Source of the DNA: Eubacteriales bacterium
Lineage (GTDB): Bacteria; Bacillota; Clostridia; Oscillospirales; CAG-272
Length of the DNA stretch: 64,000 nucleotides
NCBI GenBank assembly: GCA_045636385.1
Contig: JAZTXK010000068.1
Span: 3,248-67,247, forward strand
Reading direction: 5' to 3'
The position numbers and the translations under genes were made by a program. Under the pieces are notes generated by a model that was not told the origin of the DNA, did not search any database, and saw only the letters and a list, made by a program, of their open reading frames with translations. Shown here piece after piece: positions 40,604-51,451 of the stretch; the stretch's first letter is position 1, and the number at the start of each line of letters is the position of its first letter.

Positions 40604-41905
40604 TTACTTGAGCATATCTTCGATGGGAGTTCCATCAACACCCGGCATCTCAACGCCGAGGATCTTTGCATAAGTGGGAGCTTCGTCAACGGTGGGTCTG
40701 CGCTCGATGAGAACGCCTTCCTTGATGTCCTTACCGAAGCCGAAGAAGATGGGCTGGGGACCCTTGTCGGGATTGTGACCGTGGGTTGCCTTGCCGTAAC
40801 GGTAGTCGGAAAGGTCAAGCTGCTTTACCATCGGACGCTTCCAGTCCTCTGCGAATGAGGTGTAGCCGTCCGACTCTATAACGAAGGAGAATTCGCCCGA
40901 AAGGTGTTCCTTTTCGTTGATCTCCTCGGTGGTATAGACCTCGCTGATGCCGTAAATGCCCTCGTCGCGCATCCACTTGAGAAGGTCGTAGGTCTTCTGC
41001 CAGGTTTCCTTGTCGGTGGGATCTGCAAGTCTGATCTGCGCGGAGAGACCTGTGGAGTGGCAATATGCCTTCCAGGACTTGAGGCTTCCGTCCTCGTTCA
41101 TCTCGATAAGACCGTTGTCTGCGAAAACGACGTTCGGCTTGAGGTTACGAACGATCTCGAGCTGACCGTGGTCGGAGATGAGGAAGAAGTTGGTTTCCTC
41201 GAATGTGCCCGCGCGCTTGGTTGCCTCAATGATCTCGAAGAACCAACGCTCGGTGTCGATTACACCGCTTGTTACCTTCTCGGTGAAGAGTCCGGTGCCG
41301 TGGCGGTAGCTGTCAACGTCGCCGGTGTGAAGCATAAGGAGATGGGGCTTGTATTTTTCGATCATATCGCAGGTGACGCGGACGAGAAGCTCGTCGGTGT
41401 CGGGGTGCGTTCTGATCTTAACCTTTTCGATGTGGGGCGCGATGCACTCGCGGTAGAGCTCGGGAGTGGTTCCCGCGCGGAGGAAAGCCTCCTCCTTGGT
41501 GTCCTCGGGCGACTGAGGCCAGTACTCGGGGAAGTTGTAGTCTATGTATTCGTGACCTGCGGTAACGGGCCAGAAAACGCAAGCGGTGGTGAGTCCTGCC
41601 TTCTTTGCGGCGGTGAAGATATCGGGGCACTTGATGTTATCGGCAAACCAGGTCCAGGGAACGTTCTTGGTCACGCCGGGCATGAAGATGTTGTTATTGG
41701 TAACGCCGTGCTTGTTGGGGTAACAGCCCGTTGACATCGAGGTGTGGCAGGGGTAGGTTACCGAGGGATAGATGGTGCGGGTGCGCTTGACCATCGAACC
41801 CTTACCGAAAAGCTCCGCGAAGCGAGGGCTGGTTTTCAGAAGATATTTGATATCCTCGTAGACCATAGCATCGCAGGAGAAAACGATTACTCTGCTTTGT
41901 GACAT
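40604..41905 (-). CDS. nucleotide pyrophosphatase/phosphodiesterase (alkaline phosphatase superfamily)
   Basis: 433 aa. FSCDAM, YPSVTYPCHTSMSTGCYP (nucleophile Thr region), HTGDVDSYRHG, ISDHGQ, KATHGH. Confidence 0.85.
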   Translation of the reverse strand: MSQSRVIVFSCDAMVYEDIKYLLKTSPRFAELFGKGSMVKRTRTIYPSVTYPCHTSMSTGCYPNKHGVTNNNIFMPGVTKNVPWTWFADNIKCPDIFTAAKKAGLTTACVFWPVTAGHEYIDYNFPEYWPQSPEDTKEEAFLRAGTTPELYRECIAPHIEKVKIRTHPDTDELLVRVTCDMIEKYKPHLLMLHTGDVDSYRHGTGLFTEKVTSGVIDTERWFFEIIEATKRAGTFEETNFFLISDHGQLEIVRNLKPNVVFADNGLIEMNEDGSLKSWKAYCHSTGLSAQIRLADPTDKETWQKTYDLLKWMRDEGIYGISEVYTTEEINEKEHLSGEFSFVIESDGYTSFAEDWKRPMVKQLDLSDYRYGKATHGHNPDKGPQPIFFGFGKDIKEGVLIERRPTVDEAPTYAKILGVEMPGVDGTPIEDMLK

Positions 41906-41970
41906 AAGTTATACCTCCGTTTATCGGAAAATTAATACTTCAGTAATTATAATATATTATTCAGGGTTTG

Positions 41971-42876
41971 TCAAGACAAATCGAGAGAAAAAGTATCCGA
42001 AAATTCGGGCGTGTATTCGGCTGATGCAGACGAGGGGGCTTGCATATAGCCGTCAAAGCCGAGGCGCAAAGCTTCGGCGCGTACGCTTTCGTATTCAAAT
42101 GTGGTAAGACGACGGAGAAGGTTTTTATCCTCGCCCTTATAAAAATCCGGCGTGTATTGGCTCATGAGACTGAGGCGGATGCTTGCGACGGGCAGAATTT
42201 CGGCAAGTCGGCGCAGGCAGGCGATCGAGTCCTTTCGCTGTCCCGGCAGAACGAGATGGCGCACGATGATGCCTTTTTTCATCATTCCGTCACTGTCAAA
42301 CTCCGCCGCACCGAGCATATCATACATAAAGAGGAGTGCTTCCTCGGCGCGCTCGCGGTAATCTGCGGCGCGGGAGTATTTTGCCGCGATCTCGGGCGAA
42401 AAATATTTGAAATCGGGCAGATAGACGTCGACGAGCCCGCGGAGTAATTCAAGCGAATGAACGCTTTCGTAGCCTCCCGAGTTCCAGACGACGGGGATGC
42501 CGAGCTTGTCCTTGACCGTCGAAAGAGCCGCCGCAACGGTGGGCGTAAAATGAGTCGGGGTGACGAGATCGAGCGAGGAAACACCGCTCTCCGCAACCGT
42601 CAGAAAAAGCCCCGCAAGTTCATTTTCGTCAAATTCCTTGCCGACACTTTTTCGGCTTATGATCGAATTCTGGCAGAATACGCATCCGAGATTGCAGCCC
42701 GAAAAGAAAACCGTTCCCGCGCCGCCCGCACCGCATATCGCGGGCTCTTCGTACTTGTGCCGCGAAACGCGTGATATTTTTGCTTTTGCGCCCGAACGGC
42801 AGATGCCGACGGTAGCCTCGCGGTTGATCCCGCATCCGCGTGGGCAGATATTGCAATTTTTATATGAAAGCTCCAT
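41971..42876 (-). CDS. radical SAM protein (PflX/COG1313-like activase)
   Basis: 301 aa. N-terminal CNICPRGC cluster and radical-SAM motif GCNLGCVFCQN. Confidence 0.85.
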   Translation of the reverse strand: MELSYKNCNICPRGCGINREATVGICRSGAKAKISRVSRHKYEEPAICGAGGAGTVFFSGCNLGCVFCQNSIISRKSVGKEFDENELAGLFLTVAESGVSSLDLVTPTHFTPTVAAALSTVKDKLGIPVVWNSGGYESVHSLELLRGLVDVYLPDFKYFSPEIAAKYSRAADYRERAEEALLFMYDMLGAAEFDSDGMMKKGIIVRHLVLPGQRKDSIACLRRLAEILPVASIRLSLMSQYTPDFYKGEDKNLLRRLTTFEYESVRAEALRLGFDGYMQAPSSASAEYTPEFSDTFSLDLS

Positions 42877-43018
42877 AATTTCACCTCGGAAATATTATAC
42901 ATCCAAAAAAGCGAAAAATCAACTCGGTTCGGCAATTTTTTGACTAATTCGCTTTACTTTTATCTTGGTTTGTGCTATAATAATTGCATCAAATTAATAT
43001 TGAAAGGAAACCTAATCA

Positions 43019-43825
43019 ATGGAAAACTTCCTCAACTGGCTCATCGGCGTCGCACAGAACGTCGGCCTCAAGCTCCTCGGTGCTATCCTCGTCTGGATCA
43101 TCGGCTCCCTCATAATCAAGCTCGTTCTCAAGATCTTCCCCAACGGCAAGAAATTCGATAAGATGGATGCGACCGTTAAGTCCTTCCTCAATTCGTTCGT
43201 TTCTATCGGTCTGTGGGTGATCCTCATCGTTTGCATCGTCGCTATCCTCGGCGTTCCGATGGCGAGCGTTATCGCGGCTATCGCATCCTGCGGTGTTGCT
43301 ATCGGTCTTGCTATGCAGGGCTCGCTCTCGAACCTCGCAGGCGGCATTATGCTTCTCCTTTTCCGTCCCTTCAGCGTTGGCGAGTTCATCGAGACCTCGG
43401 GTGTTTCGGGTACCGTACACGAGATCGGCATCTTCTACACCCTCCTTATTACGGGTGACAACAAGCACGTGACCATTCCCAACGGTGCTATGATGAATAA
43501 TACCGTTATCAACTACTCCCGCGAGGATCTTCGCCGTGTTGATATGGATTTCGGCATTACTTACGAATCCGATTCCGAAAAGGCTTGCGAGATCGCAAAG
43601 CGCGTCGCTGCCGCTCACGATCTTGTTATTACCGACAAGGACGTTTTCGCGCGCGTAACCAGCCTTGGCGATTCCGCCGTTATCGTTACCGTTCGCGTTT
43701 GGGCAGAAGCGGGCAACTATTGGGGCGTTAAGTTCGACCTTACCACCGAGATCCGCAAGGCACTCGAGGCAGAGGGCGTATCCTGCGCATATCCCCATAT
43801 GGACGTTACAATTCTCAACAAATAA
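43019..43825 (+). CDS. mscS: small-conductance mechanosensitive channel (MscS family)
   Basis: 268 aa. Three TM helices, then AIGLAMQGSLSNLAGGIMLLLFRPFSVGEFIE..G.V.EI. Confidence 0.9.
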   Translation: MENFLNWLIGVAQNVGLKLLGAILVWIIGSLIIKLVLKIFPNGKKFDKMDATVKSFLNSFVSIGLWVILIVCIVAILGVPMASVIAAIASCGVAIGLAMQGSLSNLAGGIMLLLFRPFSVGEFIETSGVSGTVHEIGIFYTLLITGDNKHVTIPNGAMMNNTVINYSREDLRRVDMDFGITYESDSEKACEIAKRVAAAHDLVITDKDVFARVTSLGDSAVIVTVRVWAEAGNYWGVKFDLTTEIRKALEAEGVSCAYPHMDVTILNK

Positions 43826-43833
43826 TTCCGCCA

Positions 43834-43856
43834 ATTGTAAAACTGCGTTTTACAAT
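43834..43856 (+). repeat. palindrome ATTGTAAAACTGCGTTTTACAAT
   Basis: 9 nt after the mscS stop. Same core at 40576..40602, 50134..50154 and 63571..63597. Confidence 0.85.
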
Positions 43857-43896
43857 CAAATTAATTAATAACTAAATAACAAAGGAAGACTCGGCA

Positions 43897-45159
43897 ATGA
43901 AAGATGTCAGAAGCGCAGAAATTTTATGTGTCGGCACGGAGCTTTTGCTTGGCGACATAATCAACACCAACGCCTCGTATATTTCGAGGAGACTCGCGGC
44001 TTTGGGCATTCCCGTCTACCGCCAAGCCGTTGTGGGTGACAACCCGGAGCGGATGCGGCAGGCTATTGCCGAGTCTTTTTCGCGCTCGGATTGCCTCATC
44101 CTCTCGGGCGGTCTCGGTCCGACCTGCGACGATATAACCAAGGAAATGGTCGCAGAGCATTTCGGGCTCGAGCTTGAGCTGAATCAAGAGGCACTCGACC
44201 GAATGATGGAGTATTTCTCCTCGATGGGCAGAAATATGACCAAGAATAACGAAAAGCAGGCGATGGCACCCATCGGCGCGCGCGTGCTTCAGAATAATTG
44301 GGGAACCGCGCCCGGATTTGTTATCGAGCAGGGCGACAAGACGGCGATTCTGCTCCCCGGCCCGCCCATCGAGCTTGAGCCGATGTGGCGCGAGAGGGTC
44401 GAGCCCTATCTTTTCGAGCGTTCAAATTCCGTTATCGTTTCAAAAAACATCTACATCCTCGGTATGGGCGAATCTGCGGTTGAGGAAAAGCTCCGCTATA
44501 TGATGGAGGAGCTTGAAAACCCCACCGTCGCGCCCTACGCGGGAAACGGCGAGTGCCGCGTTCGCGTCAGCGCGAGAGCAAAGGATGCCGAAACCGCGTC
44601 AAAGATGTGCGACGATCTGATCGAAGAGATCAAGAAGACCGAGGTCGGCGAGTTTATCTACGGCATCGACGTTGACAGTATGGAAAATGCGCTCGTGATG
44701 CATCTGCGCGAGAGGGGAATGACCCTTGCCTGCGCCGAATCCTGCACGGGCGGACTTATCGCAAAGCGCATCACCGACGTTTCGGGATGCTCGGACGTTT
44801 TCCTTGGCGGATGCGTGACCTACGCGAACGAGGCAAAGGAAAAGCTGATCGGAGTAAAGCACGAAACGCTTGAAGCGTTCGGTGCGGTTTCCGAGCAGAC
44901 GGCTCGCGAGATGGCAAGAGGCGTGCGCCTTGCTCTCGGAGCAGACGTCGGCATAGCGACAACGGGTATCGCGGGCCCCGGCGGCGGTACTCCCGAAAAG
45001 CCGGTCGGTACGGTCTATATCGCCGTTTCGACCGCGGAGGGTGAGACTGTGAAGCTTCTCAACCTCTCGCCGAAGCGCTCGCGCGAGTTTATCCGCATCT
45101 GCGCGGCGACAAATGCTATGTCTTTGGCATTAAAAGCCTGTACTTTCGACAAAAATTAA
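43897..45159 (+). CDS. cinA: competence/damage-inducible protein CinA (MoCF-like plus PncC nicotinamide-nucleotide amidase domains)
   Basis: 420 aa. N-terminus GTELLLGDIINTN, C-terminus LACAESCTGGLIA..GIAGPGGG. Confidence 0.9.
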   Translation: MKDVRSAEILCVGTELLLGDIINTNASYISRRLAALGIPVYRQAVVGDNPERMRQAIAESFSRSDCLILSGGLGPTCDDITKEMVAEHFGLELELNQEALDRMMEYFSSMGRNMTKNNEKQAMAPIGARVLQNNWGTAPGFVIEQGDKTAILLPGPPIELEPMWRERVEPYLFERSNSVIVSKNIYILGMGESAVEEKLRYMMEELENPTVAPYAGNGECRVRVSARAKDAETASKMCDDLIEEIKKTEVGEFIYGIDVDSMENALVMHLRERGMTLACAESCTGGLIAKRITDVSGCSDVFLGGCVTYANEAKEKLIGVKHETLEAFGAVSEQTAREMARGVRLALGADVGIATTGIAGPGGGTPEKPVGTVYIAVSTAEGETVKLLNLSPKRSREFIRICAATNAMSLALKACTFDKN

Positions 45160-45258
45160 CAAAAATCACAAAATACCTCTTGATTTTCGGGAAATAATAT
45201 ATTACAATATAAGAGTTAATAATATTAGTCGAATTTTTCGACGGGAAGCGAGAAAACT

Positions 45259-46335
45259 ATGAAAAAATTCAACACCATCGGAGTTCTCACATCGGGCGGC
45301 GATGCTCCCGGAATGAACTGCGCTATCCGCGCTATCACTCGCCGCGCGCTTGCAAACGGCCTTAAGGTAAAGGGTATCATCGGCGGTTACAGCGGACTTA
45401 TCAAGGGCGAGATCATTGACCTTGACGCGCGCGCCGTATCCAACATCGAAAACCTTGGCGGTACCGTTCTTCTTACCGACCGCTGTGACGAGTTCAAGAC
45501 CGAAGAGGGTATGCAGAAGGCTGTCAAGACCTGTAAGGATAATAATATCGACGCTATCGTTGCTATCGGCGGCGACGGCACCTTCCGCGGCGCGACCGAT
45601 CTTTCCCTCCGCGGCATTCCCACCATCGGCGTTACCGGTTCTATCGACAACGATATCACCGCTACCGACTACACCGTCGGCTTTGACACCGCTATGAACA
45701 CCGCTATGGAAGCTATCGATAAGCTCCGCGACACCTGCCAGTCTCACGCACGCTGCAACGTAGTTGAGGTTATGGGACGTGACTGCGGCGAGATCGCACT
45801 CAAGTCGGGTATCGCATCGGGCGCGGTTGCTATTGCAATCCCCGAGGTTCCCTTCGATGAGGATGCAGCTATCGAGCGTATTCTCAAGGCAAAGAACGCG
45901 GGCAAGAGAAGCATGCTCGTTGTTGTTTCCGAGGGCGTATTCAATAAGGAAGGCAAGCCCTACGGCGAGGATCTCCGCAAGGTGATTCAGGACAAGACCG
46001 GCATCGAGACCAAGTTTGCACGTCTTGCACACGTTGTTCGCGGCGGCGCACCCACACTTCGCGACAGACTCACCGCTACCGAGATGGGCAGCTATGCAGT
46101 TGACCTTCTCCTTGACGGCAAGAGCGACTGCATCGTAGCAGAGGTTGACGGACGTATCGTATCCTTCGATATCAAGTTCGCGCTCACCGTTGACAAGATG
46201 TATAAGAAGAAGCTCAAGGAAGGCGCACTCGAAGGCTTCACCCCCGAGCAGATCGGCACTATGGAAGAGATCTGCGACTTCCGCGCATCCGAGATCAAGA
46301 GACTTTACGAGATCCACCTCTCTCTTTGCGAATAA
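45259..46335 (+). CDS. pfkA: ATP-dependent 6-phosphofructokinase
   Basis: 358 aa. GVLTSGGDAPGMN, IGGDGTFRGA and TGSIDNDI (Gly/Gly at the ATP-versus-PPi discriminating positions). Confidence 0.9.
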   Translation: MKKFNTIGVLTSGGDAPGMNCAIRAITRRALANGLKVKGIIGGYSGLIKGEIIDLDARAVSNIENLGGTVLLTDRCDEFKTEEGMQKAVKTCKDNNIDAIVAIGGDGTFRGATDLSLRGIPTIGVTGSIDNDITATDYTVGFDTAMNTAMEAIDKLRDTCQSHARCNVVEVMGRDCGEIALKSGIASGAVAIAIPEVPFDEDAAIERILKAKNAGKRSMLVVVSEGVFNKEGKPYGEDLRKVIQDKTGIETKFARLAHVVRGGAPTLRDRLTATEMGSYAVDLLLDGKSDCIVAEVDGRIVSFDIKFALTVDKMYKKKLKEGALEGFTPEQIGTMEEICDFRASEIKRLYEIHLSLCE

Positions 46336-46434
46336 TTTAATTTGCTTGAGAAACTGCCTCATTTGATATGGGGCAGTTTTTTCTATTGACCCCGCGTCAA
46401 AAATGTGCTATAATAACAAAAAACGCGGAGGTAT

Positions 46435-48162
46435 ATGTTAATGAACAAATATTTTGCCTACGATGAAAATAACAGAAAAATTGAATTCAAGTCCGAGGAA
46501 AAGGATGGAATCATAAAGTTGAAGCTTCCGCTTGCGGAATTTAAGGGAGCGAAGAGTCTTCGTCTTCTTCCCGAGCTCGGTGAGGCGCAGGCGGGCGGGG
46601 AAGGATTTTATCTCCTTCCCAGAAACATTTCGATGCGCGGTGATATCAAGGTCGATTTCAAGGAGCGAGAGGATGCTTTGCTTTCCTATGCGAAGCCCGT
46701 AATGGCTCTTTACGCGATCGTAAAAGAGGATTTCCGTGCGCTCGTTCGCTTTGAGCGAAACTATAAATTTGCCATCAACGCGGAATTGAAGGACGGCGTT
46801 TACAGCGTTTATCTTACCACGGAATTCGGCGGCAAGAAGGATCTGCCCTATGACGATATTCGAATCGAGATAATTCCTCTGCCCGAGGGTGCAACTCTCG
46901 GTACTATTGCAAGATGCGAGCGCGAGCTTCGTCTTTCCCGCGGCGAGATCGTGTCACTCGCCGAAAAATGCCGTGAGAGAGCAGTCGTTGATTACGCGAG
47001 CCGTTCGCCGCTTATCAGAATCCGAATGGCTTGGAAGCAGAGTCCGTCGCCCGTCAAGCATCAGACTCCCGAAAATCAACCGCCCGTTCACGTTGCCTGC
47101 GATTTTGCCCGTGTGCGCGATATTGCCGACGCGCTCTATGCGAGAGGCGTAAAGGAATGCGAGATTCAGCTTGTCGGCTGGAATCTCGGCGGTCATGACG
47201 GCGCGTTTCCGCAGATTTTCCCCGTTGAGCCGACGCTCGGCGGAGAAGAGGAGATGAAGAAGACTTTTACGCACGTCAAGAGCCTCGGCTACCGCATTTC
47301 AACGCACACAAACCTCATCGACGCCTACGAGCTCGCCGATTGCTTCTCGTGGGATGATATTGCTATGACCGAGGACGGTGAATATCTTCAGATCGGAGAT
47401 TACGGCGGAGGCTATGCATACCACGTTTGCCCCGAGCGGCAGATGTATACCGCTATGAACACCATCCCCGAGTTGGTAAAATACGGCGAAAACGGTCTGC
47501 ATTTCAATGACGTTATCTCAATCGTCGAGCCCGACACCTGCCATTCGCCGAAGCATCCCTGCACCACGGCGGACGGCATCAATTGCGTCAACACTATTAT
47601 GAACACGCAGATGGGCATGTTCGGCGGTTTCTCCTCCGAGGGTTGTTTTGATTTTGCGCTCGGCAATCTCGATTACGGACTTTATGTTTCCTTCGGCGAC
47701 GGCTTCGGACGCAAGGAATATCCGCTTGCCGATGAATACATTCCATTCTTTGAGCTGACTTACCACGGCATTCTGCTCTACAACCCGACAAGCCCCACGG
47801 TCAATTATCCGATCAAGAATCCCGAGGACAAGCTTGCCTTCATCCTCCGCGGCGGAAGACCCTCCTTCTATTTCCATTCGAAGTTCCGCACGGGCGCGAC
47901 GAACTGGATGGGCGAGATCGATTTCCTGACCGATACCGACGAGGATCTTGCTTTCGCCTGCGACCGCATCGCAGAGGCGCAGCGAGAATACGAGTCCCTC
48001 GCGCATATGCAAAAGGTTTATATGTCGGAATACAAACTTGAAGACGGTATTGAGATCGCAGCCTATGAAAACGGAACCGAGATAGTCGGAAACTTCTCCG
48101 ACGCGAACAAAGCCTACCGTGGCAAAAACCTTGCTCCGGGTGAGTATAAGATATTCGATTAA
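46435..48162 (+). CDS. hypothetical protein, possibly a glycoside-hydrolase-like TIM barrel
   Basis: 575-aa ORF; SD spacing favours ATG 46441. No signal peptide. Function is a weak impression only (LVGWNLGGHDGAFP, HFNDV). Confidence 0.55.
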   Translation: MLMNKYFAYDENNRKIEFKSEEKDGIIKLKLPLAEFKGAKSLRLLPELGEAQAGGEGFYLLPRNISMRGDIKVDFKEREDALLSYAKPVMALYAIVKEDFRALVRFERNYKFAINAELKDGVYSVYLTTEFGGKKDLPYDDIRIEIIPLPEGATLGTIARCERELRLSRGEIVSLAEKCRERAVVDYASRSPLIRIRMAWKQSPSPVKHQTPENQPPVHVACDFARVRDIADALYARGVKECEIQLVGWNLGGHDGAFPQIFPVEPTLGGEEEMKKTFTHVKSLGYRISTHTNLIDAYELADCFSWDDIAMTEDGEYLQIGDYGGGYAYHVCPERQMYTAMNTIPELVKYGENGLHFNDVISIVEPDTCHSPKHPCTTADGINCVNTIMNTQMGMFGGFSSEGCFDFALGNLDYGLYVSFGDGFGRKEYPLADEYIPFFELTYHGILLYNPTSPTVNYPIKNPEDKLAFILRGGRPSFYFHSKFRTGATNWMGEIDFLTDTDEDLAFACDRIAEAQREYESLAHMQKVYMSEYKLEDGIEIAAYENGTEIVGNFSDANKAYRGKNLAPGEYKIFD

Positions 48163-48316
48163 AGTTCGGGAAGGTCGGCGTTTGCCGACCTTCTTTCTTC
48201 AAACTTTTTCTTTAAATATTGATAAAATTTTTCATTTTCCTATTGTGTTTTTCCTTCAATTAAGGTATAATATATACTGACTATATGTAATTAAATTTTC
48301 ATAATGAGAGTATAAA

Positions 48317-50128
48317 ATGGCAAACAACAAGAATATCAGAAACTTTTCGATAATTGCGCATATCGACCACGGTAAGTCTACTCTTGCAGACCGTCTGCTT
48401 GAGGAAACGGGTGCGGTTGCAAAGCGCGATATGGAGGAGCAGGTCCTTGACAATATGGACCTCGAGCGCGAGCGCGGTATCACCATCAAGGCGCGCGCCG
48501 TAAGACTTGACTATAAGGCAGACAACGGTGAGGACTATATCTTCAACCTCATCGACACCCCCGGCCACGTTGACTTTAACTATGAGGTATCCCGTTCGCT
48601 CAACGCTTGCGAGGGCGCGCTTCTCGTTGTTGACGCAACGCAGGGCATCGAGGCGCAGACTCTTGCGAACGCGTATCTCGCGGTCGATGCGGAGCTTGAG
48701 ATCGTTCCCGTTATCAATAAGATCGACCTTCCCAGCGCGGACGTTGAGCGTTGCCGCAATGAGATCGAGGATATCATCGGCATCCCCGCCGAGGATTGCC
48801 CCGCGGTTTCGGCAAAGGTAGGACTCAATATCCACGACGTGCTTGAGGCGGTCGTCCGCGACATTCCCGCGCCCGTGGGCAACGCTGATGCTCCCCTCCG
48901 CGCGCTTATTTTCGATTCATACTACGATTCCTATCTCGGAGTCGTCGTTTATATCCGTATCATCGACGGTACTCTCCGCACCGGCGATAAGATCAAGCTG
49001 ATGAGCACGGGCGCGATCTTTGAGGTCACCGCCGTCGGCTCGATGGAGGCGTTCGGTCTGAAGCCCCGCGGTGAGCTTTCTGTCGGCGAGGTTGGATATC
49101 TGACCGCTTCGATCAAGAATATTTCCGATACCCGCGTCGGTGATACAGTTACCCTTGCCGATGAGCCCGCAGAAGAGGCACTCCCCGGCTTCAAGACGGT
49201 TCAGCCGATGGTTTTCGCAGGTATTTATCCCGAGGACGGCTCTCGCTACGAGGACCTTCGCGAGGCTCTTCTCAAGCTTCAGCTCAACGACGCGGCGCTC
49301 ACCTTTGAGCCCGAAACGTCGACAGCACTCGGATTCGGCTTCCGCTGCGGCTTCCTTGGACTTCTCCACATGGAGATCATCGAGGAGCGACTTGAGCGCG
49401 AGTTCAATCTCGACCTCATCACCACCGCACCGAGCGTTATTTACGAGGTAAAGACCAAGGACGGCGAGATGCGCCGTATAGACAACCCCACCGATTATCC
49501 CCAGCCCGACGAGATCGACGTGGCGTACGAGCCGATCGTCAAGGCGAGCATTATCACGCCTCAGGAATACGTCGGTACGCTGATGGATCTCTGTCAGGAT
49601 CGCCGAGGTGTGTTCAAGGATATGAAGTACCTCGACAATATCCGCGTCGAGCTCCACTACGAGCTCCCGCTCAACGAGATCATTTATAACTTCTTCGACG
49701 CGCTCAAGTCGCGCTCGAGAGGATATGCGTCGCTCGATTACGAAATGTACGAGTACCGCGCCTCCAAGCTTTGCAGACTTGATATCCTTCTCAACGGCGA
49801 TCAGGTCGACGCGCTTTCCTTCATCGTTCACGAGGAAAAGGCTTATGCCCGTGCGCGTAAGATTGCGGAAAGACTTAAGGAAAACATCCCGCGTCAGCTC
49901 TTCGAGATCCCGATTCAGGCAGCTATCGGCGCGAGAATTATCGCGCGAGAGACTGTAAAGGCAATGCGCAAGGACGTTCTTGCGAAGTGCTACGGCGGTG
50001 ACATTACCCGTAAGAAGAAGCTGCTTGAAAAGCAGAAGGAAGGTAAAAAGAAGATGCGCAAGCTCGGCTCGGTTCAGGTTTCCCCCGAAGCCTTTATGTC
50101 GGTGCTTAAGCTTGGCGACGACAATTAA
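48317..50128 (+). CDS. lepA: translation elongation factor 4
   Basis: 603 aa. [33 protein letters not shown] and the LepA-specific C-terminus. Confidence 0.97.
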   Translation: MANNKNIRNFSIIAHIDHGKSTLADRLLEETGAVAKRDMEEQVLDNMDLERERGITIKARAVRLDYKADNGEDYIFNLIDTPGHVDFNYEVSRSLNACEGALLVVDATQGIEAQTLANAYLAVDAELEIVPVINKIDLPSADVERCRNEIEDIIGIPAEDCPAVSAKVGLNIHDVLEAVVRDIPAPVGNADAPLRALIFDSYYDSYLGVVVYIRIIDGTLRTGDKIKLMSTGAIFEVTAVGSMEAFGLKPRGELSVGEVGYLTASIKNISDTRVGDTVTLADEPAEEALPGFKTVQPMVFAGIYPEDGSRYEDLREALLKLQLNDAALTFEPETSTALGFGFRCGFLGLLHMEIIEERLEREFNLDLITTAPSVIYEVKTKDGEMRRIDNPTDYPQPDEIDVAYEPIVKASIITPQEYVGTLMDLCQDRRGVFKDMKYLDNIRVELHYELPLNEIIYNFFDALKSRSRGYASLDYEMYEYRASKLCRLDILLNGDQVDALSFIVHEEKAYARARKIAERLKENIPRQLFEIPIQAAIGARIIARETVKAMRKDVLAKCYGGDITRKKKLLEKQKEGKKKMRKLGSVQVSPEAFMSVLKLGDDN

Positions 50129-50133
50129 GCCAC

Positions 50134-50154
50134 TTGTAAAACTGCGTTTTACAA
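50134..50154 (+). repeat. palindrome TTGTAAAACTGCGTTTTACAA
   Basis: Starts 6 nt after the lepA stop and lies 44 nt upstream of hemW. Confidence 0.85.
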
Positions 50155-50197
50155 ATTTACGTTCGGCTGACAGGACAAATAACAAAGGAGAGTTTAT

Positions 50198-51364
50198 ATG
50201 TTCGGAAAGAAAAAGCGCAAGCCACTCGGGCTTTATATACACATTCCGTTTTGCAAGAGCAAGTGCGATTATTGCGATTTCTGCTCGCTTGTGCCCAATA
50301 ACAAGGGCATCGTAGAGCATTACGCCGATGCACTGATCCTGCAGATGGAGGACTGGAGCTCTCGCTGCCGCAATTATTCGATTGATTCGATATACATCGG
50401 CGGCGGAACGCCCACTTATCTTGATATTCGCCGTATCTCGCGCATTATCGACGCGATATATGCAAATTTCAAGGTCGAAAAGTTCGCGGAATTCACTGTT
50501 GAGTGCAATCCCGCGACAGCCGATCTTGAATATTTCCTCAAGCTCCGCCGCGCGGGCGTCAACCGACTTTCGATCGGCTGTCAGAGCGCGCACGCGGACG
50601 AGCTCAAGGCTCTCGGAAGAATACATACCTACGAGCAGTTCGTTGCTTGCTATAACGACGCGCGCAAGGCGGGATTCGACAATATCAGCGTTGACTTGAT
50701 GTACGGTATCCCGAATCAGAGCGAGCAGAGCTTTATCGAGTCGCTCACGGCGGTCACCTCGCTCGGCCCCGACCACATTTCTATCTACGCGCTCAAGATC
50801 GAGGAGGGCACCCCCTTCCACGCTATGCGCGACAAGCTCGTGCTTCCCGACGAGGAGACCGAGTATTCGATGTATAGCCACGCCGTCGACTACCTCGCGG
50901 CGCAGGGATACGAAAGATACGAGATCTCGAACTTCTGTCGCAGAGGCGCGGCGTCGCTCCACAATCTCAAATATTGGCATTGTGACGAGTATCTCGGTCT
51001 CGGCGCAAGTGCACATTCATATTTCGAGGACGAGCGCTTTGCTACAACCTGCGTAGTACGCGACTATATCGACGGTCTTGAGATCATCGGCACCGACATC
51101 AATATCGTTGCAAGCTCTGAAAAGATCGATTCGGTCAAGTGTATGGAGGAATACGTTATGCTCGGTATGCGTCTGACGGACGGCATTCTTATCGAGGATT
51201 TCGAGGCGCGATTCAATACCTCCTTCTATGAAAAGTACGGCAAGCGCCTTGATGAGTACGTTGAGGCGGGATTCGTAGAGAAGGACGAGCGCGGATACAG
51301 ATTTACGACCAATGGTATGTTCGTGTCGAATTACATCCTCTCCGCAGTTCTTGATCTTGAATAA
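50198..51364 (+). CDS. hemW: radical SAM heme chaperone HemW (HemN-like)
   Basis: 388 aa. YIHIPFCKSKCDYCDF radical-SAM motif and the HemN C-terminal domain. Conserved lepA-hemW synteny. Confidence 0.9.
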   Translation: MFGKKKRKPLGLYIHIPFCKSKCDYCDFCSLVPNNKGIVEHYADALILQMEDWSSRCRNYSIDSIYIGGGTPTYLDIRRISRIIDAIYANFKVEKFAEFTVECNPATADLEYFLKLRRAGVNRLSIGCQSAHADELKALGRIHTYEQFVACYNDARKAGFDNISVDLMYGIPNQSEQSFIESLTAVTSLGPDHISIYALKIEEGTPFHAMRDKLVLPDEETEYSMYSHAVDYLAAQGYERYEISNFCRRGAASLHNLKYWHCDEYLGLGASAHSYFEDERFATTCVVRDYIDGLEIIGTDINIVASSEKIDSVKCMEEYVMLGMRLTDGILIEDFEARFNTSFYEKYGKRLDEYVEAGFVEKDERGYRFTTNGMFVSNYILSAVLDLE

Positions 51365-51451
51365 AAAATTGAAAAATCTAAAATTTCCCATTGACAAAAC
51401 GGAGATTTTCGTATACAATATATATAGTAACATAAGGACAGGTGATAAGCC

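Noticed and set aside
48917-51016. 699-aa minus-strand ORF spanning lepA and hemW.
   Set aside because: It is antisense to two unambiguous housekeeping genes and has no motifs and low-complexity composition. The same reasoning rejects 45202..46362 (-), 55232..56194 (-), 15032..16102 (+), 16622..17575 (+), 12051..13022 (+) and 24777..25679 (+).
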